Below, piece after piece: positions 51,349 through 60,191 of a stretch of 64,000 nucleotides of DNA. Source of the stretch: a virus. Within the stretch, counting starts at the first letter, position 1; each line of letters starts with the position of its first letter. The position numbers were made by a program, and so were the translations under genes. The notes below the pieces were generated by a model, which worked only from the letters and a program-made list of their open reading frames with translations, searched no databases and was not told where the DNA came from. The stretch is from positions 23,131-87,130 of IMG/VR virus record IMGVR_UViG_3300022699_000293; one strand, written 5' to 3'.

Positions 51349-51357
51349 TTGTCATAT

Positions 51358-51431
51358 TGCAGGGTGGAGCAATTCGGTAGCTCGCCAGGTTCATACCCTG
51401 GAAGTTGCGGGTTCAAATCCCGTCCCTGCTA
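51358..51431 (+). tRNA. tRNA-Met(CAT), probably initiator
   Basis: Cloverleaf; 1:72 mismatch (T/T). Confidence 0.9.
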
Positions 51432-51664
51432 ATGTTCGTTGGCAGCGAACTAGTCATGGTAGGGAGACTCTAAAGATCAGGAATGCTAATTCCTTGCCCC
51501 CCCCCTACCCAGCTACTAGAGCTGAAATTTTCACTGAGTATTCTAGTCCCTGCTCAGTGTGCTGCTACAAATAAATAATAAAGTAAGCATATTCCCATCT
51601 TTCCCAAACTGTTTCTTTAACTCGCAGTATGTTACGTACTGCAGAAAAATCCTAGGAGGAAATC

Positions 51665-52309
51665 ATGACACAACAACAGAAAACAACTTTAGCAGAACTC
51701 CTACTCCGGAGAAAGGAATTGAACGTTCTGTATAACACGCGGGCGTTCGCCGTATCCAATCTTCGGGATCAATTGCGTAGGAGGCAAGTCTCCGACGAAG
51801 TGGACCAGTTGGAGGGACAAGTGTCCCTTGTAGATCCCGAAGAGCTGGAAAAGGAGACCAACTACTACGCACATCAGCGCCGGTTATCAGACAGCGTGGT
51901 CCAACAAGCCAATTGGACAACAACGCTTGAGGTGCCTCAAGCGTTGATGGATGACGAAAACACGGACGGAACCATGTCCTGCAAGCTGGCAGAACTCCTC
52001 GTGCGTCGCAAGGAACTCGACAGCGCGACACATTCGCGGAGCGTCGATCTGGGAGTCGTGGGACCTTACGTCGAGCAAAACGGCGTCTGGAAGCAAGTCA
52101 ACGAAAGAATCCCCGTGGAGAAGGGACTAAGCGAACTCTACCAGAAAGTAGAAAGGAAAGGACCGTCCCAGATCAGGGCGTTCATGCTGGTAGACACGTG
52201 CCAGAAGAAACTGCGTCTTCTGGACACCTACATCCAGAAGACAAACTGGGACACCGTGGTGGAGGTGCCCGCCACGGTCTTCGAGCCCTACCAACCTCAG
52301 AACTTGTAA
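51665..52309 (+). CDS. DIP1984-like protein, two tandem domains
   Basis: LAELLLRRKEL..VQQANWTT and LAELLVRRKEL..IQKTNWDT; SD aggagg; visibly higher GC than flanks. Confidence 0.7.
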   Translation: MTQQQKTTLAELLLRRKELNVLYNTRAFAVSNLRDQLRRRQVSDEVDQLEGQVSLVDPEELEKETNYYAHQRRLSDSVVQQANWTTTLEVPQALMDDENTDGTMSCKLAELLVRRKELDSATHSRSVDLGVVGPYVEQNGVWKQVNERIPVEKGLSELYQKVERKGPSQIRAFMLVDTCQKKLRLLDTYIQKTNWDTVVEVPATVFEPYQPQNL

Positions 52310-52382
52310 ACTTTTCTGATGTGACTCAAGTTGCCTGTAGTGGTTTTCTCGAGAAAGCTCACTGCAGGCAACTTGCTCACAT

Positions 52383-52669
52383 GGAGCAAGCGTAGCGTAC
52401 AGGATAAGGGGTTTGCACAGCACCCCGCCCCAAGCTGTAGTGTTGCTGGTAACACGTTGCATTCAGGAACATGATAAAGATGTTCATCATACGAATTTTG
52501 AGACTGCGTGAATTCCGATTGACCGACTGACCTTTTCTAGTTGTTAGTACTTACATTGAAACTCGCAACCAGATACCTCCAGAACATCCGATTGGAACCG
52601 AAAAATTGAACTTCCGCGCATACCCGATTACCCGAATTCCGAATTACCATATCCTGGGACGCTTGTTCC
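52383..52669 (+). ncRNA. Putative structured ncRNA with CCGA repeats downstream of the DIP1984-like gene
   Basis: Closing stems GGAGCAAGCGT/ACGCTTGTTCC and CAGGATA/TATCCTG; three internal hairpins; seven CCGA copies. Confidence 0.6.
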
Positions 52670-52674
52670 TTTTT

Positions 52675-52745
52675 TGGGGTGTCGACAAGTGGCAAGTCGC
52701 AAGGTTTTGGTCCTTGTATCGCAGGTTCGAATCCTGCCACCCCAG
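52675..52745 (+). tRNA. tRNA-Gln(TTG)
   Basis: Cloverleaf. Confidence 0.95.
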
Positions 52746-52817
52746 CTGGTATGCTCTACGTAGCTTAGGTTTTCTTTGCTATTTTCCTTTCTCCTTCCTA
52801 GGCTACGTAGAGTATAC

Positions 52818-52891
52818 GGCCCCGTCGTCTAACTGGTTAGGACATTGGCCTTTCACGCCAAAGACTGCGGGTTCAAATCCCGCCGGGGTCG
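52818..52891 (+). tRNA. tRNA-Glu(TTC)
   Basis: Cloverleaf. Confidence 0.95.
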
Positions 52892-53337
52892 CAGACCACG
52901 TTTTTCACAAGGGAATCCAAGTACTCTAACAAACAGTTAGAAGAAAGGGCAGTATTCTCTTCTGGACGTATCCCAGTACGTACAGTGACAGAAAAACTAG
53001 CACAAAGATGCCGTTCGCTTTGTGTGAAGGTCTTTAATAGCCGTAACGGCACGGCTACGGAGTGAGAAACTCAAGGAAAGTCTTTAGAAACTCTGCGGAA
53101 GTTTCTAAAGTAAGCTGCTAGGAAGCATGTGTCAGCCTAAGCAGTAAAGCAAGTACGCAGATATTTGAGCGCGACGCCGGTAGCGACGACACAACCGGCA
53201 CTTTTTCTCTTTTCTAAATCAAGTAAAATATACCTTTGGTTTAATTAAAGAACATTCGTATACTTCGATTAGGCAGCAGATTGTGTAGGTTTGTTCCCCC
53301 GCTTCCTATTCAGTTTGCTGCCTTTTAGTATCTTTTA

Positions 53338-53421
53338 GGAAGCGTGGCCGAGTTGGTTTAAGGCGGCGGTTTTGAAAACCGTTGAACTAACGTTCCGTGG
53401 GTTCGAATCCTACCGCTTCCG
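53338..53421 (+). tRNA. tRNA-Ser(TGA)
   Basis: Cloverleaf with long variable arm. Confidence 0.95.
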
Positions 53422-53497
53422 TCAATTTTTTTGGTAAAGATAATTTTTCGATAATTTTTAATTGTAGTAAGTTTACGCATATCGTATACTTGGAGGT

Positions 53498-53914
53498 ATG
53501 AAAAAGACAGCCAAAGAATTAGCAGTTCAAGTACTGTACAAAGTTGCGCGTACGCGTCAAAATATTGTAGGCGTTAGTAACCCTCAGGACGTTGCAGCGT
53601 TATCACGTGCGTACCAGGAAGGGGATTATGACGCTCCCTGGGAAATGCAATCTACAGATCCCAATCCTGTAACAACTTGGATTAAACGCTATAAAGCGAA
53701 AAACTTTGGAGAAATGCCTTCAGACATTGCGTTTGATCAGATGTACCCATACGGAATTTCTCCCGTAACAGGAAGTGAAGTTCCAGGATACGTGAAGCGG
53801 GAAGGATTGTTGAAAGCTCTAAGAGGCAGTGAGCACAAAGAACAGTCAAAACAACTTCTGGAACAACTTGAAGCAAGCGACTATCCATACTTCACCTCTA
53901 CCGAATTGGGTTGA
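53498..53914 (+). CDS. KxA-leader protein embedded in the tRNA island
   Basis: MKKTA..LYKVA; TATACTTG motif and GGAGG upstream. Confidence 0.6.
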   Translation: MKKTAKELAVQVLYKVARTRQNIVGVSNPQDVAALSRAYQEGDYDAPWEMQSTDPNPVTTWIKRYKAKNFGEMPSDIAFDQMYPYGISPVTGSEVPGYVKREGLLKALRGSEHKEQSKQLLEQLEASDYPYFTSTELG

Positions 53915-53941
53915 TCTAATCTTCTCAAATAGTTTTTTCTA

Positions 53942-54015
53942 CGGGGCATAGCGCAGTCTGGTAGCGCGCCAGCTTTGGGAGCTGGATGTCGTAAGTTCGA
54001 ATCTTACTGCCCCGA
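53942..54015 (+). tRNA. tRNA-Pro(TGG)
   Basis: Cloverleaf. Confidence 0.95.
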
Positions 54016-54066
54016 CAAAAAACAAATGACCGAAAATCTTGTTAAACACAAAGGAGTTTAAAATTC

Positions 54067-54309
54067 ATGAAAGATCCGAAGGTGGGAGATACTGCATACG
54101 TCGAAGATTGTAACGGAAAATGGACGCAATATTACTATAATGGGAATAATTGGATTTCCTGTCGAACTACGCAAACTACCGCTACTCCGACAATACCTCT
54201 AGAATTTCGTACCAACGCGGATAAGGATAAACATATTGGAATGAATATATTGAAAACTACCAAAGTTGCTCACAATCCACGCCTTTCAAAAAATGGTGAA
54301 GAAAAATAA
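54067..54309 (+). CDS. Hypothetical protein
   Basis: SD aaggag; 80 aa. Confidence 0.5.
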   Translation: MKDPKVGDTAYVEDCNGKWTQYYYNGNNWISCRTTQTTATPTIPLEFRTNADKDKHIGMNILKTTKVAHNPRLSKNGEEK

Positions 54310-54323
54310 ACGGAGGTGTTTTT

Positions 54324-54656
54324 ATGGGTTTGGTGACGCCTATCCTGATCAGAAATGATAGTTTGAATCATATTAAAGGAGATAAGGAAGAATTTGTAAA
54401 AAAGCTGTTGAATGCAGCTCAAACAGTCTCCTCTAAAACTTTAAGAGCAGGAAATTTCGTAAATGCTGCTGACTCGTTAGGAGCGCGCCATGCAAGCGTA
54501 ACTAGAGTGTTGGTAATATCTGAGAACACCATAATAGACCTCACAGAATTAATCTACGGTCGTCCTGATAAATCGTTGCACAAATTTCCACGCAAATTTA
54601 TAAAAAAATGTTTGAAAACAGTTAGACAACTGGTAAAAGATGCTCGAGGTTTGTAG
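54324..54656 (+). CDS. Hypothetical protein
   Basis: SD ggaggt; 110 aa. Confidence 0.6.
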   Translation: MGLVTPILIRNDSLNHIKGDKEEFVKKLLNAAQTVSSKTLRAGNFVNAADSLGARHASVTRVLVISENTIIDLTELIYGRPDKSLHKFPRKFIKKCLKTVRQLVKDARGL

Positions 54657-54670
54657 GTAATAATCTTTGA

Positions 54671-54744
54671 GGCTCAGTAGCTCAACGGACAAGAGCGACG
54701 GCTTGTTAAGTCGTGGGTTGCAGGTTCGAATCCTGCCTGGGCCG
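54671..54744 (+). tRNA. tRNA-Asn(GTT)
   Basis: Cloverleaf. Confidence 0.9.
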
Positions 54745-54796
54745 TTTTAATAGTCCAAAAAACATAACTGCAAACTTTAAATCGAAGGAGAAAAAA

Positions 54797-55054
54797 ATGG
54801 AAACAAACGGAAAATTGTTAGTATCGTGTACAGATCCTTATCAAGAACATCATAGTTGTGAGTGTTATTCCAGTAAAGGCCAAACAGCAATAAAGTTTGT
54901 AAACCACCACAGTAGAACTCAAGAATCGGGTTTTTCTAAAAAATGCGAATTTGCGACCATTGTTGACAAAAAGCATTTTTGCGAACATCCTTCAGTAGTT
55001 TCCCAATGTGTAAAAGATATTTTTCAAAATGAACTACACAAAAAAGCAACGTAA
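54797..55054 (+). CDS. Hypothetical Cys/His-rich protein
   Basis: SD aaggag before ATG 54797. Confidence 0.55.
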   Translation: METNGKLLVSCTDPYQEHHSCECYSSKGQTAIKFVNHHSRTQESGFSKKCEFATIVDKKHFCEHPSVVSQCVKDIFQNELHKKAT

Positions 55055-55194
55055 AGAACTTAAACAAAAATTAGAATTTTATAAAAATGATCCAATTTTC
55101 AATTTTCGAATTGACGAAGCGACCGTGTTAGCTTTGATAGAAGATTTGGAATTATTGGAATCACAAATTGAAAAACAATTTACTGGGTAAATTT

Positions 55195-55494
55195 ATGAAA
55201 TTGTGGATAGGCCCAGAACCTCCTTTGGACAACTCTTCATGGATTTGGGCACGTACTTTTAAAACTGCCATGCGTCTACTAGAACAAACTGATTGGATGT
55301 TTGACATAATTAGTACTGATTATTACTTGGGAGGAGAAAAAACAGGTTACCACATTTTAGAAAAAATATTACAACGCGTATACCTGAATAAACGTCCATT
55401 TCCTTTGATAGGCATACACGCAAAAAAACGCGAAGAACAGGCTACTTTACAACTGATGGCTGCTAGAATAAATAACGCTAAAATGAAACATTAG
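55195..55494 (+). CDS. Cyclic-phosphate-processing receiver-like domain protein (degenerate)
   Basis: KLWI..P..WIWART..A..LL..IISTDYYLG..TGY.IL..IH pattern. Confidence 0.55.
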   Translation: MKLWIGPEPPLDNSSWIWARTFKTAMRLLEQTDWMFDIISTDYYLGGEKTGYHILEKILQRVYLNKRPFPLIGIHAKKREEQATLQLMAARINNAKMKH

Positions 55495-55568
55495 GCCGTC
55501 CTAGCTCAATCAGGTAGAGCAGCTGGTTTGTAACCAGCAGGTTGCAGGTTCGATTCCTGTGGACGGCT
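55495..55568 (+). tRNA. tRNA-Thr(TGT)
   Basis: Cloverleaf. Confidence 0.95.
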
Positions 55569-55629
55569 TATCTTTCTTATTGTATACTTATTTTATTCAA
55601 AATTAGCTAAAGCCGCAGTGCTGGTTTTC

Positions 55630-55703
55630 GGGTCCATAGCGCAACTGGCTAGCGCTCCCGGCTCATAACCGGGTGGTTCTCGGTTCGATTCCGAGTGGAC
55701 CCA
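55630..55703 (+). tRNA. tRNA-CAT (elongator Met or Ile2)
   Basis: Cloverleaf with paired 1:72. Confidence 0.9.
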
Positions 55704-55721
55704 AATGCTGGTATTGGTTTC

Positions 55722-55794
55722 AGGCGGATAGCTCAGTTGGAAGAGCACAGCCCTTACAAGGCTGGGGTCGCAGGTTCGAACCCTGTTCCGCCTA
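55722..55794 (+). tRNA. tRNA-Val(TAC)
   Basis: Cloverleaf. Confidence 0.95.
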
Positions 55795-55801
55795 TTGCTC
55801 A

Positions 55802-55874
55802 GGGCCTGTAGCTCAGTTGGGAGAGCTCCGGCTTTGCAAGCCGGTTGTCGTCGGTTCGAATCCGACCAGGTCCA
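55802..55874 (+). tRNA. tRNA-Ala(TGC)
   Basis: Cloverleaf with G3:U70. Confidence 0.95.
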
Positions 55875-55915
55875 TTCCAGGTCCCTACAAACCAAAAAAA
55901 CAAACGGAGGAAAAA

Positions 55916-56278
55916 ATGAAAATTAGAGAAGGTATTCGCTACAAACATTACAGAACAAAGTACGACGGTGCTGTGACCGTAGCGTACGAAACAACACCAA
56001 ACAAAAATAAAGACAATGTTCACTTATGTATCGGTTTAGCGTGGTGTTCTCCCCGCGATCAATTTTGTAGAGCTAAAGGGCGTTTGATCGCAGAAGGCCG
56101 TTTAAAGTCTGATAAAAGTTGTATAGGAGACATGTACGAACGTAAAATCTTAGAAGAACAACCCGTACAAGATGTTGTGTTTTCTCTCATTGAGACTCAT
56201 GCTTCTGTCCCCAATTGGTATATACTTATGAAAACAACTTTACAATATAACCAAGAAACTAAAGACAGCAATTGTTGA
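55916..56278 (+). CDS. Phage hypothetical protein
   Basis: SD ggagg; G.TVAY..AWCSPRDQFCRAKGRLIA.GR motif seen in many phage proteins. Confidence 0.65.
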   Translation: MKIREGIRYKHYRTKYDGAVTVAYETTPNKNKDNVHLCIGLAWCSPRDQFCRAKGRLIAEGRLKSDKSCIGDMYERKILEEQPVQDVVFSLIETHASVPNWYILMKTTLQYNQETKDSNC

Positions 56279-56291
56279 TATGTTCTGTAAT

Positions 56292-56374
56292 GCGAGTGTG
56301 GCGGAATTAGGTAGACGCGCTGGATTTAGGTTCCGGTGGGATTTCCCGTGGAGGTTCGATTCCTCTCGCTCGCA
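56292..56374 (+). tRNA. tRNA-Leu(TAG)
   Basis: Cloverleaf with long variable arm. Confidence 0.95.
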
Positions 56375-56415
56375 TTTTTTTTCTTTCCAAACCAATCAAA
56401 TTGGGAGAATTTTCT

Positions 56416-56706
56416 ATGTCAAACAAAAAAGAACCAACGCGTAGTGAAGCAATGTTAGCAATGTGTCATGAGTGTTGTGGACACTATCAAGATGGAAAAG
56501 TCGATTGTGAAAATCCTAGGTGTCCTCTCTACAAGTGGATGCCCTACCGTAAACAGGAACCTATACTTGCCTGGACGGAATACAACCCGAAAGCTAAAGG
56601 TAAAGTTTTAAAAGCAGAAACAAAAAGAGAAATATCAGAAGAAAAGAAAAAAGAATTAGCAGAACGTATGAAAAAAGCTAGAAAAGCTAGGAAGAAAAAC
56701 ACCTAG
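56416..56706 (+). CDS. Small Zn-binding basic protein
   Basis: CHECCG..C...CPLY; basic tail. Confidence 0.65.
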   Translation: MSNKKEPTRSEAMLAMCHECCGHYQDGKVDCENPRCPLYKWMPYRKQEPILAWTEYNPKAKGKVLKAETKREISEEKKKELAERMKKARKARKKNT

Positions 56707-56789
56707 ATTTACCTTGTAAAATACCCTAAAATACAAAGTAGATAAATTTTTGGTACACGTTGTTGTGCAGGATTCAAAGGTGGTATTCT

Positions 56790-57482
56790 ATGAGCTTTTT
56801 AGGTACTTTCATCAAACAAGCCGTAATAACAGATGAAGACGTTGCTGCTGGTCTTGCAGGCTTAGGCAGGCAAGGTATTACTCCTGAAGAAGTAGAGGGT
56901 TTAGCTAGTAGACATCGAGAACTGGCAGCAGAATCCGCCAAGAACTATCCTTATGCAGGAGCGGGAGTAGGTGGTGCGTTAGGTGCTTTGGGCGGAATTT
57001 TGTTAGGAGCATCTCAAAAAACACCTTCGTGGTTAGGTAAAGCTACAGGAGCAGGATTAGGAGCATTGGCAGGTGGTGGTTTAGGAGCTCTTGGCGGTTT
57101 AGGAGGAAAAAAATCACGTACAGAAAAAGCACGTACTTTAGGACAAACTTTGGGCGAAATAGCTCGGGAAGGACGGGTTCCTTCAGACTTACCTAAAGGT
57201 GTATCTCCTGAAGCTCTAGTACCTTATGCTCGAGGAATCCAAGAACAAACCGCATCCCCTTTATCTCCGACAGAATATAGTACTATACGTTCCGCACTTG
57301 CACAACAACTTGGACCCCAAGCACAAGCAACCGGAACGTTTATAGATCCTGAAGATCCAGCTACAGGTGCTTTATTTGCTGCAGGTGGGTTAGAAGAAGC
57401 TAGAGATAAAGCTAACATGTTAGCAGATTTATATGAGAGAGGTTACGGACAATTAGCTGCGAAGATTTACGAAAGATTGTAA
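56790..57482 (+). CDS. Glycine-zipper KxA protein
   Basis: MSFLGTFIKQA leader; GAGVGGALGALGG and GAGLGALAGGGLGALGG. Confidence 0.65.
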   Translation: MSFLGTFIKQAVITDEDVAAGLAGLGRQGITPEEVEGLASRHRELAAESAKNYPYAGAGVGGALGALGGILLGASQKTPSWLGKATGAGLGALAGGGLGALGGLGGKKSRTEKARTLGQTLGEIAREGRVPSDLPKGVSPEALVPYARGIQEQTASPLSPTEYSTIRSALAQQLGPQAQATGTFIDPEDPATGALFAAGGLEEARDKANMLADLYERGYGQLAAKIYERL

Positions 57483-57485
57483 TCA

Positions 57486-57695
57486 ATGACTGTACACCAT
57501 GCAGATTACTATCAAAGTCCTTACTATCGAATTCATTGCTCTAATAAATGGGTCGAGACGGAATTTGAAAAAGACCCATCTCCTTTAGATGAAGTGTACA
57601 TGACAGTTGAAAATCTAAAATTCAGTCCTGTAGAAAAGTATGTAACTTGTTCAAAATGCTTGGAACTCATTCGAGAAGACGAACCTTCCGATTAG
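57486..57695 (+). CDS. Hypothetical small Zn-binding protein
   Basis: VH..C..VTCSKC. Confidence 0.5.
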   Translation: MTVHHADYYQSPYYRIHCSNKWVETEFEKDPSPLDEVYMTVENLKFSPVEKYVTCSKCLELIREDEPSD

Positions 57696-57748
57696 ATTTT
57701 TCTTCGTTTCTGCCCTATAATTGTTCCTGAAAACTCAATGAGGACGTT

Positions 57749-58309
57749 ATGGCAGAAACAAGCATACCTGGCGAATTTCCCAATCCTAATACACTTCCTT
57801 CAGGGGCAAGTGTTTTATCGACGGAATTATCTTCTACGTTCGACTTAGGAAACGACGAAGATCGCGACGCTGTTTGGCAAGAAGCAATCGAGGATATCGA
57901 ATACAATACGATGTTCTCGAGAGAGTATGAATTCGATCCTAGCACTACTCACTATTATATGGATTCCGCTACCGGACTGTATTCCGCCTACCCTATTTTT
58001 AAACCGGCATATACTTACGAGGACACCCCTGGCGTTCAGGGATACTTAGTGGCCTTGTTAATTAAATGTACTAAGGGTTCCTGTGTACTTATAAATGATG
58101 GAGGAAACGGCAAATCCATTCAGTATTTACCGTATCCCATGCACGTTGGAGACTTTCTTTTTTGGGCGGATCCACACGAACCTTTGGTGGGAATCAACGA
58201 AGACGGTTCATCCGATTCAATTTTAGGTCTTTTGGGAATAAAGGCAGCTACAGATGTAGGTGTTAGATTATCTGTGTATTCGTTTTATAGATTTGTGGAG
58301 AAGTCATAA
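57749..58309 (+). CDS. Acidic putative virion protein
   Basis: TATAATTG upstream; SD gagg. Confidence 0.55.
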   Translation: MAETSIPGEFPNPNTLPSGASVLSTELSSTFDLGNDEDRDAVWQEAIEDIEYNTMFSREYEFDPSTTHYYMDSATGLYSAYPIFKPAYTYEDTPGVQGYLVALLIKCTKGSCVLINDGGNGKSIQYLPYPMHVGDFLFWADPHEPLVGINEDGSSDSILGLLGIKAATDVGVRLSVYSFYRFVEKS

Positions 58310-58956
58310 TGGGAAGTACACCGTCCCCAGCATTCGAAATGTCCCATCTCATAGCTCTGTACGGGGACAATTCAGGAGAAGTAAAAACCGAAGGACAGAT
58401 TACTTTCCCTTTCGGTGACGAATCTTCCGGTTCCAGAAATCCTGTACTGCACATGGATATCGACACCGATTACAAGTCTCGTATCGCTACCACACTCGAC
58501 ATAGGTCCCACAAATCCCACACGCGACTTGTCAACATTTCCTTCTTACGATTCCAACAATATTTCAATATATATTGATCCAGGCTGGCTGGACGTAGTAT
58601 TGGGTATGGGGACTATCGAAACTCAACCAGCATGGGGCGGACAATTATTTCTTCGTCATCTTGTCATAAAATGTGAAGCAGGAGCTATCTCTCTTGTTTA
58701 CGGTGCGTTAGACCCTTACAACGATACTGCCATGAACTCTCCCGCAGAAATACGTCCTTTTGTACTGCAAGAAGGTGGCGTATTCGCACAATCGTTTACA
58801 GGTACTCGCGCACCCACCACAATTATAGATCCTGGCCCGTTGGGAACTCATTTAACTCCTACAGTACAAGGAGTTCCTTCTCTTGTAATGCAGACCTTCG
58901 AAGATTTGAATCGTATAAAAATTTTAGCATTCGTACAACGCCATAATTTAAGGTAA
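58309..58956 (+). CDS. Acidic putative virion protein, possible distant paralog of the upstream gene
   Basis: TAATG coupling; LVIKCEAG vs LLIKCTKG. Confidence 0.55.
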   Translation: MGSTPSPAFEMSHLIALYGDNSGEVKTEGQITFPFGDESSGSRNPVLHMDIDTDYKSRIATTLDIGPTNPTRDLSTFPSYDSNNISIYIDPGWLDVVLGMGTIETQPAWGGQLFLRHLVIKCEAGAISLVYGALDPYNDTAMNSPAEIRPFVLQEGGVFAQSFTGTRAPTTIIDPGPLGTHLTPTVQGVPSLVMQTFEDLNRIKILAFVQRHNLR

Positions 58957-58969
58957 AAGAAAAGTAAAG

Positions 58970-59626
58970 ATGCCTCAACCACGCTCCCATTTTTACGATT
59001 TCCTGGCGGGAATAGACCCGACAGGAACGAAAACATTCCAATACGGAATGGAAGATATTGAGCATGGAAAACCTTCAGGTGCTCGTGGAGCCAGTAGAGC
59101 TATCGGTACAGTTGGAGGAATTCTCGGCGGTGCCGCTGTAATACCTGGAGCAGTAGGAGGAGTTATAGGCGGTACTAAGGGTTTGTTGATGGGCCGAGGA
59201 GGATGGAGAGGACGTTTACTGGGAGCTGCTCGAGGTTTGTTGAGTGGTGCAAAAAAACCTTACACGTCTTTATACCGGGGCGGACAAGCTAAACGAGCAC
59301 TTGGCGCACATCAAGCAGGAAAAAAATTAACAAAACAACAAGCAGAACATATTCGTAAATTTGTTAAAGAACAATTACCGGAAAGTGTTGCTCGAGCAGG
59401 AAATATACATCCTAGCGCAATTCAACAAGGTCTTAATCGACTTTCTCCTTCCCAATTAGCCAAAGTTCATAGAGAGTTAGGGAGTGAGCTGGGTGCGGGA
59501 GCAGCATCTCTAGGATTGTCCGGAGCTATTAGTGGCGGCAGTGCCTATGCACAGTATGGTAAAGGCGTAACTACCGGACAACGAAAAAAAACAAACACTG
59601 GTTTGTTGCGACACAAAATTAAATAA
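58970..59626 (+). CDS. Basic glycine-zipper protein
   Basis: GTVGGILGG..GAVGGVIGG; GAGAASLGLSGAISGG. Confidence 0.6.
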   Translation: MPQPRSHFYDFLAGIDPTGTKTFQYGMEDIEHGKPSGARGASRAIGTVGGILGGAAVIPGAVGGVIGGTKGLLMGRGGWRGRLLGAARGLLSGAKKPYTSLYRGGQAKRALGAHQAGKKLTKQQAEHIRKFVKEQLPESVARAGNIHPSAIQQGLNRLSPSQLAKVHRELGSELGAGAASLGLSGAISGGSAYAQYGKGVTTGQRKKTNTGLLRHKIK

Positions 59627-59870
59627 AAACGCATCAGTTTTTCTAGCGCACATGCAAAATTTTCATGCGTCCTTAGATATGTCTATTTTGCGTGTTTTCT
59701 AAGGAAAAATAGTTCGTTACGAACTCTGAGACTGTTAATTAACAAGCATATTAGGTAAAGTTTTTAATAAGTTATATTATCATTATTATGTACCATAATA
59801 ATAATAATACTAACTTATTAAAAGACTTAATAATTCAAGTGATGCGTCACTTAAGTTCTATGCTATAATT

Positions 59871-59947
59871 GGACCCGTAGTTCAGCCAGGAAGAATAGCG
59901 GACTTTTAATCCGTAGGTCGTGGGTTCGAATCCCACCGGGTCCTCCA
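59871..59947 (+). tRNA. tRNA-Lys(TTT), CCA encoded
   Basis: Cloverleaf ending in T-CCA. Confidence 0.95.
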
Positions 59948-59990
59948 AAAACTCGAAAAGAAAAACTGACAAAAAAACAAGGAATACAGC

Positions 59991-60188
59991 ATGAAAGTAC
60001 GAATCGAATTTAACATGGACAACGCAGCTTTCGAAGACAACGGTTTTCAAGAAATACGTCGCATTACCCATAAAGCTGCAGTAAAGGCAGATGAAATGCT
60101 GCACAACCACGAATACGTTTCCGGTGCTTTGAAAGATACTAACGGTAACACTGTAGGTTCTGTACAACTTCTTGAAACAGAGGAGTAA
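59991..60188 (+). CDS. Phage hypothetical protein
   Basis: DNAAF..D.NGN.VG motif common in small phage proteins. Confidence 0.65.
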   Translation: MKVRIEFNMDNAAFEDNGFQEIRRITHKAAVKADEMLHNHEYVSGALKDTNGNTVGSVQLLETEE

Positions 60189-60191
60189 CTC

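Noticed and set aside
51464-51476. GACTCTAAA resembling the tRNA-Pyl/amber suppressor anticodon loop
   Set aside because: No anticodon stem, T-arm or cloverleaf around it; genes end normally at TAG, so there is no sign of recoding
53070-53200. RNase P RNA call
   Set aside because: Only a partial CR-I-like word; P4 pairing and domain order could not be built, so kept as an unassigned RNA
51147-56023. ORF-track ORFs overlapping tRNAs (51147-, 51247+, 51308+, 52537-, 52606+, 55593-, and the 5' parts of 54713+ and 55673+)
   Set aside because: Shadows of tRNA genes; real starts lie downstream at SD-led ATGs
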